A stretch of DNA of 37,454 bases, taken from IMG/VR virus record IMGVR_UViG_3300042472_000628, positions 1-37,454 of that record. The stretch is one strand, 5' to 3'. Origin of the DNA: a virus. Lineage: Duplodnaviria; Heunggongvirae; Uroviricota; Caudoviricetes. The notes under the pieces are model-generated. The model was not told the DNA's origin, did no database searches, and saw only the letters and a program-made list of their open reading frames with translations. The first letter of the stretch is position 1, and every line of letters starts with the position of its first letter. Of the stretch, positions 1 through 9,194 are shown in pieces. Made by a program: the position numbers and the translations under genes.

Positions 1-2
1 TG

Positions 3-578
3 AAAGATACCAAGCCAAATGATGGTTTATATCCTAATACACCATTTAATCCTTTGGCAATTGCACAAAATGCTATTAGTGATAAAGTAAATGGTATTGC
101 TGGTTCATTAGTAAATAGATTTAATAATTTAAAGAATGGTTTACCAGGTTTTGGTAAAAACCCAATGGGTGCTGTTTATCCAGAAAAATTAACAGGAGCT
201 GCGGCTAGTTTAGCAAATGCTGGAATGGATAAATTAAAATCATTATTATTAGATAATGTACATGGTTTAGGAGGAGGTTTAGGTACCTTAGGTGATATTG
301 ACTCTGCACTTTCTGCGGGTAGTATTAATGGTATAACAAACTTAATTGGTGGAATGCTTAAAAAATCAGATAAAAAATCAACACCTGGTAGTATTTCACC
401 TAAACAAATTTATGACGAAATAAAAGTAGATAGTAGTCCTGATGGAAAACTAAACGAAAAGGTATATGATCCAGTTGCTAAACCTAGCAAATCTATTAGG
501 ATCACGCCTGGAAGAATACATCCTAAAGGCATAGATAGTAGTCAAGATAATTCACTTAATGATAACATATATAAATAA
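3..578 (+). CDS. C-terminal part of a probable virion/baseplate-hub protein (5'-truncated by the window)
   Basis: Frame is open from base 3 (KDTKPNDGLYPNTPFNPL...), upstream of the TTG at 54. Gly/Ala/Leu/Asn-rich; coupled to the gp5-like gene by a TAATG overlap. Confidence 0.55.
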   Translation, partial: KDTKPNDGLYPNTPFNPLAIAQNAISDKVNGIAGSLVNRFNNLKNGLPGFGKNPMGAVYPEKLTGAAASLANAGMDKLKSLLLDNVHGLGGGLGTLGDIDSALSAGSINGITNLIGGMLKKSDKKSTPGSISPKQIYDEIKVDSSPDGKLNEKVYDPVAKPSKSIRITPGRIHPKGIDSSQDNSLNDNIYK

Positions 579-1291
579 TGGCAGACGAACTTTTTCAAGA
601 TAATTTAAGAGACCAACATTGGTTAGGAGAAGTTGTAGTAAACGAAGATCCTTTACTTAATGGAAGATGTCGCGTTAAAGTATATGGTAAATTTGATAAA
701 CTTACAGATGACGCAATTCCATGGGCAACTCCTATGAATAGAGATGCTGTAGGTTCTCATAATGTACCACGAGTTGGCGACATAGTTGCAGTTAGATTTG
801 ATAATGGTAACTTATATCATCCTGAATACTGGTTTCAAATTGATCAAAATAAAGATTTAAAGTCAGATATTTTAGAAGCTTCTGATAAACCACATGATGT
901 AGTCAGTTTAGTATATGATTCAGTTCGTAATATTAGAATTTATCATTCGCCTGAAGATGGTTTAGTTATCACTCGTGGAACTGGTGCAAAAGAAAGACCT
1001 ATGATTCAAATAGATGAAGAGGGATTTATTAAGATAAGCACAGACGCTAAGATGTTCTTAGACTGTGGTGATATATTCGTCTCAAATACAGGTGAACCCG
1101 GCGCAGATGAGACAGAACCTGCAGTTAGAGGTCAATCTTTACAAGATTGGTTACAAATGTTTTTAGATGATTATAATGCACATATTCATCCAACTGGAGT
1201 CGGTCCATCTGGACCTCCAATGCCACCTACACCAACTACAGTAGGTAAATTATCGAGTACTCACATTAAGTATCAACAAAAAGGTAAATAA
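578..1291 (+). CDS. gp5: Baseplate central spike, gp5/gpV-like (OB-fold, short beta-region, HxH apex; no lysozyme domain)
   Basis: N-terminal WLGEVVVNEDPLLNGRCRVKVYG...IPWA...VPRVGDIVAVRFDNG matches the gp5 OB-fold; C-terminal YNAHIHPTGVGPSGPP is a P2 gpV/phi92 gp138-type metal-binding tip. Confidence 0.85.
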   Translation: MADELFQDNLRDQHWLGEVVVNEDPLLNGRCRVKVYGKFDKLTDDAIPWATPMNRDAVGSHNVPRVGDIVAVRFDNGNLYHPEYWFQIDQNKDLKSDILEASDKPHDVVSLVYDSVRNIRIYHSPEDGLVITRGTGAKERPMIQIDEEGFIKISTDAKMFLDCGDIFVSNTGEPGADETEPAVRGQSLQDWLQMFLDDYNAHIHPTGVGPSGPPMPPTPTTVGKLSSTHIKYQQKGK

Positions 1292-1293
1292 TT

Positions 1294-3126
1294 ATGCCAG
1301 CACTATGGCCATCTTTCATACCAGCATTAGCTAGTGATATAGCAGGACAATCGTTTACAAAAGCGGGCGGTGCTTTAGTGTCTTATGCTTTACCTAAAGT
1401 TGGTAAAGATCAAGTACCTATTTTTCCTCCATCACTTGAGTTAATTGAATCTCTTAAACCAGGAAATCCACTAAATGCTGACTTAAGTATTAATCCATTA
1501 GATTTGGTTAATGCAATAAATTTAAATCCATTAAGCGGTCGATATGATTTTGGTGTAAGAGTAGCTGAACGATATATTGCAGCTGTTAAAGGTAAAGCTA
1601 TGACACCATTTGGTGCAACACATACCAATAATGGAGCTGCAGAATTTTTATTAAAACAAGGTTATGGTTTGGTATTCGAAAGAATATTAAAAGAAGGTGA
1701 TATTCCATTACAAGATCAAAAAGATAAAGATGGGAATATAATTAAGATGGGAAAGGAATCACATCCAGCATATGCTGATTTTTGTCCAGGACCTATCGCT
1801 ATACCAGATCCTGTCGAAGAAGAGAAAAAACAAAATAAGAAATTTAATCAATTTATTGAAAAGTTTAAAACAGATCCAGCAATGGACCTTAAACAATTTA
1901 AATTCTTTCAGTTTCATTGTTTGGATGGTAAAGAAACTCAAAGTGATTTTATACAACTTATAGTAAATAGATTACTACAACAATTTGAAACTTATACGAA
2001 GGCTGATGACAAATGGGATTATTTTTCATGGGTAGATAGTTTAGGTAAGGAGAGATATAAAAATATTACGGGTGTTAATCTTGGTGGAAATGACTTTAAT
2101 AGTTTAAAACCATATCCAAATATTCCGACTAGCGTTAGATCTTCTATCAATAAAGCTGGTTATAAATGGGAAGAAGTAGCAGATGGTATAAGAGATCTTT
2201 TTTTAAAAACATTAGAACCAGTATTTCCTATATTTGAAAAGATAGTTAATAATACAACTACCAAAATTACTGATTGGGAAAAAAGAATTAAGAATGGTGT
2301 AAAAGCTCCTATTGTTAAACCTTGGCCATTTGATCCTGCTGAAAATGCAGAGTGTCCTTTAAATAGATACAAAATTCAAGTTTCTTTTAATAGAGAACAT
2401 AATCCACCTGACAATCCTAGTAAAAGACCAGAAATTTTAACTGATCAATTCATTACTACGTTTTCATATGATAAGTCAACTAAAAAATCATTTATAGATT
2501 CTTTAAAAACTATTGAATGGTATGACAAAGATACTAATTATACAAATATGCAGTATAAGTTAGTTGAATATGATACATGGTGGATGAAAGTACCTGATGC
2601 TATTAATACAGTTAAACAACCTGAAGACATGGTTAAAATTGATCCAAAATTAGGTGGTACAAATTTTAAGTTTCAAAGACAAGAAGTAATAGATGCTATT
2701 GCAGCAGCAAAAGAATGTGATGACGTTGAAGCAGATAGTGGTATAGATTATACTTGGCCAGGTGGAGATCCATATGAAGAAATGGCAGAGATAACTATTG
2801 CATATTGGTATGCATGTATTGTAAAACCATTTGCACCAACACCCGCTGCTTTACCAGCTTTAATACCTGCACCATTAGGTGGAATTTACATACCAATTTA
2901 TTATGGTGGTAAAAAGAGATTAGCTAATAATTTAAGAAAGGCTTGGAATAGTGGTAAAACATTTGCAACTTTACCAATTCCTGCACCTCCAGCATTAGTA
3001 GTTGCTACTGCAGTTGCCGCAGCATATGCTTTACACTTACTAGAATTTAAATTATTATACTTAGGTGGTATACCAACACCAGCAGGCCCAGTGCCAATGG
3101 TAGGTATAGTTCCTGTAGTATTCTAA
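1294..3126 (+). CDS. Hypothetical virion-associated protein (610 aa)
   Basis: Long ORF directly after the spike gene; Pro-rich hydrophobic N- and C-termini around a polar core; no family recognised. Confidence 0.6.
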   Translation: MPALWPSFIPALASDIAGQSFTKAGGALVSYALPKVGKDQVPIFPPSLELIESLKPGNPLNADLSINPLDLVNAINLNPLSGRYDFGVRVAERYIAAVKGKAMTPFGATHTNNGAAEFLLKQGYGLVFERILKEGDIPLQDQKDKDGNIIKMGKESHPAYADFCPGPIAIPDPVEEEKKQNKKFNQFIEKFKTDPAMDLKQFKFFQFHCLDGKETQSDFIQLIVNRLLQQFETYTKADDKWDYFSWVDSLGKERYKNITGVNLGGNDFNSLKPYPNIPTSVRSSINKAGYKWEEVADGIRDLFLKTLEPVFPIFEKIVNNTTTKITDWEKRIKNGVKAPIVKPWPFDPAENAECPLNRYKIQVSFNREHNPPDNPSKRPEILTDQFITTFSYDKSTKKSFIDSLKTIEWYDKDTNYTNMQYKLVEYDTWWMKVPDAINTVKQPEDMVKIDPKLGGTNFKFQRQEVIDAIAAAKECDDVEADSGIDYTWPGGDPYEEMAEITIAYWYACIVKPFAPTPAALPALIPAPLGGIYIPIYYGGKKRLANNLRKAWNSGKTFATLPIPAPPALVVATAVAAAYALHLLEFKLLYLGGIPTPAGPVPMVGIVPVVF

Positions 3127-3136
3127 AAAATGATAG

Positions 3137-3145
3137 GATATATAA
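3137..3145 (+). promoter_or_regulatory. Putative late promoter GATATATAA upstream of the S1 homologue
   Basis: Same motif recurs in intergenic gaps at 4499, 18244, 32624 and 33763; resembles the T4 late promoter TATAAATA. Confidence 0.6.
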
Positions 3146-3172
3146 TATGTTACACCTTTAATATAAAAATAA

Positions 3173-4477
3173 ATGAACAACGAAAAAAACAAAAGAGTTA
3201 GACTTGGTGAAGTTAAAGCCAACGAAAACGCAAAAGAACAGTCTGATTTGTCGCTAGACTTTCTTAAAAAAATGGCAGGAATTCCAACATCTAAAGAGGA
3301 TTCTCTTGCTACATTTTACGACAAAGACGGAAATTTTATGTGGGATGCTTATGAAGCAGATTGCCCATCTAGACTTAGAAAACCAAACCCTCACATTAAA
3401 ACTCAAAACGGAGACAAAGTTTATTCTAGAGAATCATACGCACAAGAGATGTATGATAAACTTATAGCATTCGATAGTTCTCAAGGTGTAATGGTATCTG
3501 ACTTAACAGTTGGAGAAATTCTTACAGGTAAAATCTATGCAGTTAGTTCTGATTTTATCAGTGTTGATGTTGGTTACAGAGAATTAGTATACGTTAAGTA
3601 TGACAAAGAACCTTCTGAAATTCAATCATTAAAACCAGGTGATGAAACTGCTGTATTGATTACACAATTTGGAAATAATTCACATGTGTTGGGATCTATT
3701 AATGGTGGTATTAAACACAAAGTATTCATGGATCTTAGAGAAGCTGTTGAAACTGGTGGAACTGCATGGGTAGGTAAAGTTACAAATATGATTGAGAATG
3801 GTGGTTACATGGTGACAGTTCAAGGAATTGAATGTTTTATGCCAGGATCACTTGCAGGTATTAATAAGTTACATGATTTTAGTTCTATTATTGGAACAGA
3901 AATGTACGTTGTCCCTGTAAGTTTCTCACCAGAAAGAGGCACATTAGTAGTTTCTCATAGAAAATATTTACAAGCTTTAATTCCAGGTGAAATCGAAGAT
4001 TTAAAAGCTAATCAAGGTGCAACAATTACTGGAAATGTAACAGGTTCTGCTAAATATGGGGTATTCGTTGAATTTAATAACTGTTTAACAGGTATGATTC
4101 ATAGTAATGACTTAGATGAAGAAACTACAATTAAGTTTAAAGCTAGACAAATTTTACCAGGTGATGAAATTGAATTCATCGTTAAAGATATTATTAGTGA
4201 TACTAAAATTACACTTACTCAAAAGGCAAATTCTGTATCCAATCCTTGGCATGACATTGCCTCTAGATACCAGATTCCTTCTGTGATTCAAGCAACTGTA
4301 AAAACTAAAAAAGATTACGGTTTGTTTATTACAATCGAAGAAGGTGTGACTGGACTGTTGCATGTTAGTGAAGTTGGGGAAGATATTATGGATGTATTTA
4401 AAAACGGAGATCCAATCACTGTACAAATTACAAGAATCGATGTTGATTCGATGAAAGTATTTTTGAAAATGCCATAA
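3173..4477 (+). CDS. rpsA: Phage-encoded 30S ribosomal protein S1 homologue (four S1 domains plus ~110-aa N-terminal extension)
   Basis: D1 LTVGEILTGKIYAV...VDVGYRE...LKPGDE; D2 GGYMVTVQGIECFMPGS...LVVSHRK; D3 YGVFVEF...GMIHSNDL...PGDEIEF; D4 NPW...DYGLFITIEEGVTGLLHVSEV...GDPITVQITRID. NFMWDAYE resembles the F-x-W-D-A-Y-E N-terminal motif I recall from Bacteroides bS1. Confidence 0.88.
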   Translation: MNNEKNKRVRLGEVKANENAKEQSDLSLDFLKKMAGIPTSKEDSLATFYDKDGNFMWDAYEADCPSRLRKPNPHIKTQNGDKVYSRESYAQEMYDKLIAFDSSQGVMVSDLTVGEILTGKIYAVSSDFISVDVGYRELVYVKYDKEPSEIQSLKPGDETAVLITQFGNNSHVLGSINGGIKHKVFMDLREAVETGGTAWVGKVTNMIENGGYMVTVQGIECFMPGSLAGINKLHDFSSIIGTEMYVVPVSFSPERGTLVVSHRKYLQALIPGEIEDLKANQGATITGNVTGSAKYGVFVEFNNCLTGMIHSNDLDEETTIKFKARQILPGDEIEFIVKDIISDTKITLTQKANSVSNPWHDIASRYQIPSVIQATVKTKKDYGLFITIEEGVTGLLHVSEVGEDIMDVFKNGDPITVQITRIDVDSMKVFLKMP

Positions 4478-4481
4478 TAAC

Positions 4482-4502
4482 TATTGCACCGAGAGTGTGA
4501 TA
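4482..4502 (+). terminator. RNA hairpin after the S1 gene (possible weak terminator or processing site)
   Basis: TATTGCAC-cgaga-GTGTGATA forms an 8-bp stem (2 G:U); only a weak U-tract follows. Confidence 0.35.
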
Positions 4503-4521
4503 TATATTGAAACGATAAATA
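4499..4521 (+). promoter_or_regulatory. Tandem putative late promoters GATATATA (4499-4506) and GATAAATA (4514-4521)
   Basis: Recurrent intergenic motif, just upstream of the ATG at 4535. Confidence 0.5.
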
Positions 4522-4534
4522 TCATAATCTTAAT

Positions 4535-5842
4535 ATGCAAAAGCTAACTTACGATTCTCCTAGAGAATCAATATTGAACGCAGCACTTATGGGTGTTGAG
4601 TTTGAATTCTATTCTAATCTCGATCTAGAAGAAACCAGAAAATCTTTGGTTAAACTTCTAGATCGAAAAATTAGGTTAGAAGATAAGGCCCACTCTGAAT
4701 TTCAGCCTTCCGCTGAAGAATTCAAAATGGAACCCGATATGTCTGGTGGTAAAGGTTTAATTGAATTGGTTACTGGACCAATACCTTACAGAAATGCCAG
4801 AATTATGGTTATTAAGATGCTTAAATGGATATCGGAAAATGGATATACAACTGATAGAGCATCTATTCACATCAACTTATCGTTCGATAAACAATTTCTA
4901 CAAGATAAAGATCTTCTTTCTAAAATGAATGTTCTTAAATTCATTTTAGAGTTTGATGAAAAACAAGTTTACAAGTTTTTCCCAAACAGAGAAAAATCTG
5001 CTTATGCTAAAAGTATTAAGTGGGTAATGCCAAAATGGGAAGCATTCCATTTTGATGCTAATCAAATTGCTTCAAATAATTTTAAATTTGCTGACACTAA
5101 ATATTATGGGATTAACTTCTCTAAAAAAGAGAAAAACTATCTTGAATTTAGATATTTAGGTGGAGCAGATTATGAAAAGAAGGTAGATGATATTTTATAT
5201 CTAACTGAAAGATTTTTAGCTCAAATGTGGAAGTCATGTAATGACTCTAGATTTACTCCTGAAAATAAAATAGAATTACAAAGAATCTTAAATAAAAATA
5301 AGCCGGTTTCTGATATGCTTAGAGATTATACAAAAGTCTCAGAACATTGGCCTAAAATCAAAATATTAGCTGATCTACAAGATAATCCTATTATCATAAA
5401 GGTACATTGGGACAGATTTAAAATGAGAGTAATGGATTTGTTAGTAAACGGATCTATGACTGAGGGTACTATCAATTATGATTCAGATTATGGTGCAGTT
5501 CAAGTAAAGGACGGTAAATTCCCAACTGTTTATATGCTAGAGAATTTTGAATTTATCGATTGTGAACTTGCCGGTAATTTAACTAATTGTAGTTTTTACA
5601 ATTGTGAAGTTTCAGGTTCTGCAGTTATGTGGGGAAGTTTATATCAAGGTACTAAAATAAAAGACTCTAAGGTTGAGTCTAGTTATACTCACGGAAGTTG
5701 TGAATTAACCAACTGTTATGTTGCTGGAAGGGACACTATGTTTAAAGGCAAAATGATAGGTGGAATATTCAGAGAAGGTTTCATAAGTGATTCAGCTAGA
5801 TTTGAAGAAACCGAAGTAGTAGTAAGTAAAAAAATAAAATAA
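4535..5842 (+). CDS. Putative amidoligase (COOH-NH2 ligase / glutamine synthetase-like fold) with C-terminal beta-helix-like repeats
   Basis: Motifs in the expected order: GVEFEF, EPDMSG, IELVT, SIHINLS, KYYGINF, YLEFRY. The last ~100 aa show ~5-residue periodicity (FIDCEL...LTNCSFYNCEV...IKDSKVESS...LTNCYV). Confidence 0.75.
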   Translation: MQKLTYDSPRESILNAALMGVEFEFYSNLDLEETRKSLVKLLDRKIRLEDKAHSEFQPSAEEFKMEPDMSGGKGLIELVTGPIPYRNARIMVIKMLKWISENGYTTDRASIHINLSFDKQFLQDKDLLSKMNVLKFILEFDEKQVYKFFPNREKSAYAKSIKWVMPKWEAFHFDANQIASNNFKFADTKYYGINFSKKEKNYLEFRYLGGADYEKKVDDILYLTERFLAQMWKSCNDSRFTPENKIELQRILNKNKPVSDMLRDYTKVSEHWPKIKILADLQDNPIIIKVHWDRFKMRVMDLLVNGSMTEGTINYDSDYGAVQVKDGKFPTVYMLENFEFIDCELAGNLTNCSFYNCEVSGSAVMWGSLYQGTKIKDSKVESSYTHGSCELTNCYVAGRDTMFKGKMIGGIFREGFISDSARFEETEVVVSKKIK

Positions 5843-5846
5843 TAAA

Positions 5847-6689
5847 ATGGGTCAAATTATAAGCGGTTCAAATGATGATTTATTAACTGGAAGAAGTTTC
5901 AGTAATAATTGTTTAAATGCATTTCTAGATGAAATAGCAGACGAAATTACAGGAGCTTGTATGGTTCCGGTTAACTTACCACAAAAAGAGATTATTAATA
6001 TAATTAAGAGATCTAAAAAATGGTTCTATAAGAAATACGAATACGCTGTAAAAGAAAATCTTTATCATATTCCAAATGATGTATTTTCTTCTGAATATTT
6101 TAAAAATACTAGAACACTTAATTTACCAGGCCCTGGCAATGACGGCGGAGGTGGAGTTTATTCTGTATATGGATTATACGATTTAGCTTCAGGATTCGGT
6201 GGTCAAGGTGGTGGATTGGATCTTAGATTCCAATCTGGTGGTGACTTCTCTATGGAAAGAATGTTATTTAGAGGTATGTATGAAGGTTCTGGTATGGCTG
6301 AGGCTGCAGAAGAATTACAATACTATGTATTGAATGCATCTATGGCAGACCTTTCTAGACAGATCTTAGAGAATCCTATTTCTTATGCATATTCACAATT
6401 AACTGGAGAACTTAAATTTTTAGGTGATACACCTAAAGGTGATGTGATCTTAGAAATTTACGAAACAATTCCAGATTGTGCTTTATATGACGATGAAATT
6501 TTCTTTAGATATGTTAGTGCTAAAATCAAACAATCATTAGGTACTAAGTTAGGTATTTTTAAATTTGCTTTACCAGGTAATGTTGATTTTGATTATGATG
6601 CAATCAAATCTATGGGAGATGATGAACTTACAGCTATTGAAGAAGAAATCAAAGGAGATGAAGGTGTGGACTGGATGATGCATACCTAA
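5847..6689 (+). CDS. gp13: Neck protein / head-tail adaptor, T4 gp13-like
   Basis: C-terminal FFRYVSAKIKQSLGTKLGIFKFALPGNVDFDYDAIKSMGDDELTAIEEEI matches the gp13 pattern; size about 280 aa. Confidence 0.75.
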   Translation: MGQIISGSNDDLLTGRSFSNNCLNAFLDEIADEITGACMVPVNLPQKEIINIIKRSKKWFYKKYEYAVKENLYHIPNDVFSSEYFKNTRTLNLPGPGNDGGGGVYSVYGLYDLASGFGGQGGGLDLRFQSGGDFSMERMLFRGMYEGSGMAEAAEELQYYVLNASMADLSRQILENPISYAYSQLTGELKFLGDTPKGDVILEIYETIPDCALYDDEIFFRYVSAKIKQSLGTKLGIFKFALPGNVDFDYDAIKSMGDDELTAIEEEIKGDEGVDWMMHT

Positions 6690-6697
6690 ATAAAGAA

Positions 6698-6705
6698 GAT
6701 ACATA
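6698..6705 (+). promoter_or_regulatory. Putative late promoter variant GATACATA
   Basis: One mismatch to GATATATA, in the 21-nt gap before gp25. Confidence 0.4.
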
Positions 6706-6710
6706 CATAG

Positions 6711-7067
6711 ATGGAATTATATATAAAATACCCAACTGACCCTAATTACGACGAAAACCAGGTTCAAACTAATAGTGAAATAGAAATGTTAATCACACAG
6801 ATTCAAACTGCTCTATTTACTAATACGAGAGAAGTTATGGGTTCTGAGAATTTTGGATGTAATTTGGAAACACTTATATATGATTTAAATGCAAATGAGC
6901 ATAATATAGTTTCTACCATAACTGATCAAATAAATCAATATTGCCCTCTAGCTAACAAGTACAATTTTGGTGTAAATGTTACATTTATGAGGGGTGAAGT
7001 TAGAGATATTGCATTTATAGATATTACAATAGATAGCAGATATTCTATAAAAATAAGTATGTTATAA
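6711..7067 (+). CDS. gp25: Baseplate wedge / sheath initiator, gp25-like
   Basis: IQTALFTNTREVMGSENFGCNLETLIYD matches the gp25 family pattern; 118 aa; directly before the gp6-like gene. Confidence 0.85.
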   Translation: MELYIKYPTDPNYDENQVQTNSEIEMLITQIQTALFTNTREVMGSENFGCNLETLIYDLNANEHNIVSTITDQINQYCPLANKYNFGVNVTFMRGEVRDIAFIDITIDSRYSIKISML

Positions 7068-7083
7068 AAAAGTAAATACAATA

Positions 7084-8913
7084 ATGGCTGAATTAAAATT
7101 TTTAAGTAGAATTAGAACAGGTGCAGCTGACATCAGACAAGATGCTCAGACGTATATTTCTAGGGTCTACAGTAGAGCTAATACTCTATTTACGGTGGCT
7201 TCACCGTTTGCCCAAATAATTTCAGTATTATCTGAAATATCTGATTTAATTATGTTCTACATTGAGGATTCAGTGGTAGAACAAAACATATATACTGCAC
7301 AACAGGCAGAATCTATATATGGTATGTCTAGATTAACTGGTCATGATGCTACTAGAGGATTTGCTGCAACTGGTGAGATTGAATTTAGATGGAAACCTGG
7401 AGCAGATATGTCAAAGATTGCTGGAAATACATTGAATATACAATCTAGAGCTCAACTTAAATTTGATGCTAATGGATTAATGTATACCCTTTTAAATTCT
7501 AATGATAGTTTTAAATTAGAAAAAACAAATTATACATCTATTAAAACTGCTATCATTCAAGGTAAGTTTGAATCACAAACGTTAACTTCTAGTGGTGAAA
7601 AATTACAATCATTTAGTATTAATACTGGTGGTATAACGGATCATACTAAAATAAGTGTTAGTGTTAATGGAGAACTTTGGACAAAACATGAATCTTTATA
7701 TGATTTAGGTTCTGAAGAAAAAGCATATTTAATTAAGACTGGAATTAGTGGAGGTTTAGACCTTTATTTTGGTAATGGAAGTTTTGGAATGGTGCCACCA
7801 AATGGTGCTACAATCGAAATCGAATATGTTAAGCATGCTGGAATGACAGGTAATTTAGATGATTCACCTGATTTAACTATTAAATGGGATGCAGTTGGTA
7901 CTGATTCAAATGGTAATGAACATGATCTAAATCAATTTTTAGATGTAACTATTACTTCATCGCCTAAAATGGGTGGTGATAGAGAAGATACTAGGTTTAC
8001 AAAGATTATGACACCAATGGCAAGTAAATCTTTTGTATTGGCAACTCCTGATAATTATGAATACTTCTTATCAAGATATAATATGTTCTCTTATATAGAT
8101 GCATATAACACAACTGATGACCAATATTTGGACGATGATAACGTTATTTATATTTTCGCAGTTCCTGATATTAAAAAGAAACTTGCAAAAAACCAAGATT
8201 ATTTTAATATTCCACAATCTGAAATGTTTTTAGATCAAGGTGAATATGATGCAATGCATAAAGTATTAGAAGATAGCGGACAACAAATGGTAACTACTGA
8301 AGTTGTTTTTGTTAAACCTCAAGTAAGATATTATAGTATGGATATTAACATTAGATATTTTGAAGGTTACACCAGAGATGAGATATACAGCGCTGTTAGA
8401 GCTAAAGTTTCTGAATATTTATTGAATATTACACGAAGAGATAAATTACCTAAATCTGATATAGTTTATATTTTGGAGGAAGTTGCAGGAATTGATGCGG
8501 TGAATGTTAAATTTATTTCTGAAACCGAAGAAACTGCACTAAGAAATGGTTACTTTGAATCGGTTAACGTGAGCGTTGTACCACAAGAACCAGTGACATT
8601 AGAAACTGTGGGTAATGGTAAACAAAAATACGTTTTCTTTAAAAGAATCGAAAATGTACAAACCGTTCCAGTTAAATATTCAATGGATATACCAGATACT
8701 GTAAAAGGTTTGGATCAATGGGGTGATATTATAATGGAGAAAGAAGAAGTTGCTGTATTTAGAGGTGGATGGTTAGACAGAGATGGCGATGTTATCGAAG
8801 ATGATGTATTAATGAATGCTGAAGCTGCAGTTAGTATTAACTTTGAAGCAGAACCTGTACCTAGAACAATTTACACTAGAATACAAGCTGGAAATAGAAA
8901 AGCACTTAAGTAA
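7084..8913 (+). CDS. gp6: Baseplate wedge protein, gp6/baseplate J-like
   Basis: EQNIYTAQQAESIYGMSRLTGH...AATGEI, LYFGNGSFGMVPPNGATIEIEY, GGDRED...VLATPDNYEYFL are gp6-type motifs; 609 aa. Confidence 0.85.
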   Translation: MAELKFLSRIRTGAADIRQDAQTYISRVYSRANTLFTVASPFAQIISVLSEISDLIMFYIEDSVVEQNIYTAQQAESIYGMSRLTGHDATRGFAATGEIEFRWKPGADMSKIAGNTLNIQSRAQLKFDANGLMYTLLNSNDSFKLEKTNYTSIKTAIIQGKFESQTLTSSGEKLQSFSINTGGITDHTKISVSVNGELWTKHESLYDLGSEEKAYLIKTGISGGLDLYFGNGSFGMVPPNGATIEIEYVKHAGMTGNLDDSPDLTIKWDAVGTDSNGNEHDLNQFLDVTITSSPKMGGDREDTRFTKIMTPMASKSFVLATPDNYEYFLSRYNMFSYIDAYNTTDDQYLDDDNVIYIFAVPDIKKKLAKNQDYFNIPQSEMFLDQGEYDAMHKVLEDSGQQMVTTEVVFVKPQVRYYSMDINIRYFEGYTRDEIYSAVRAKVSEYLLNITRRDKLPKSDIVYILEEVAGIDAVNVKFISETEETALRNGYFESVNVSVVPQEPVTLETVGNGKQKYVFFKRIENVQTVPVKYSMDIPDTVKGLDQWGDIIMEKEEVAVFRGGWLDRDGDVIEDDVLMNAEAAVSINFEAEPVPRTIYTRIQAGNRKALK

Positions 8914-9194
8914 TGGCATTATTTGATAATTTATTTGGATACAGAAGAGTTAGAAGATATGATAGTGTAAAAACTAGAAAAGATTCTAGGTTACACACTG
9001 GATTTGACTATGAAAATTTACCACCGAGTGAATTTATAGGTAGAGCTTTGTCTGGACATATTCAAAGAAATGAAACCATTAGATATTTCTTAATGTTTTT
9101 AGATGACAATTTAAAGACGTTATTAAGAGGTGTAAGATACCTTAAGAACTATAAAAATTATACCGTCAAAGAAGACGATAACCAAACTAGATAA
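8913..9194 (+). CDS. Small baseplate protein, possibly the N-terminal helical part of a split gp7-like wedge protein
   Basis: TAATG overlaps on both sides; RNETIRYFLMFLDDNLKTLLRGVRYL amphipathic helix. Confidence 0.5.
   Translation: MALFDNLFGYRRVRRYDSVKTRKDSRLHTGFDYENLPPSEFIGRALSGHIQRNETIRYFLMFLDDNLKTLLRGVRYLKNYKNYTVKEDDNQTR

Noticed and set aside
54-56. TTG at 54 as the true start of the first gene
   Set aside because: The frame is open back to base 3, so the gene probably starts before the window.
4508-4535. A fourth TGAAAC-type promoter before the amidoligase
   Set aside because: TGAAAC is present at 4508, but the sequence 17-18 nt later is TAATAT rather than TATAA and abuts the start codon.
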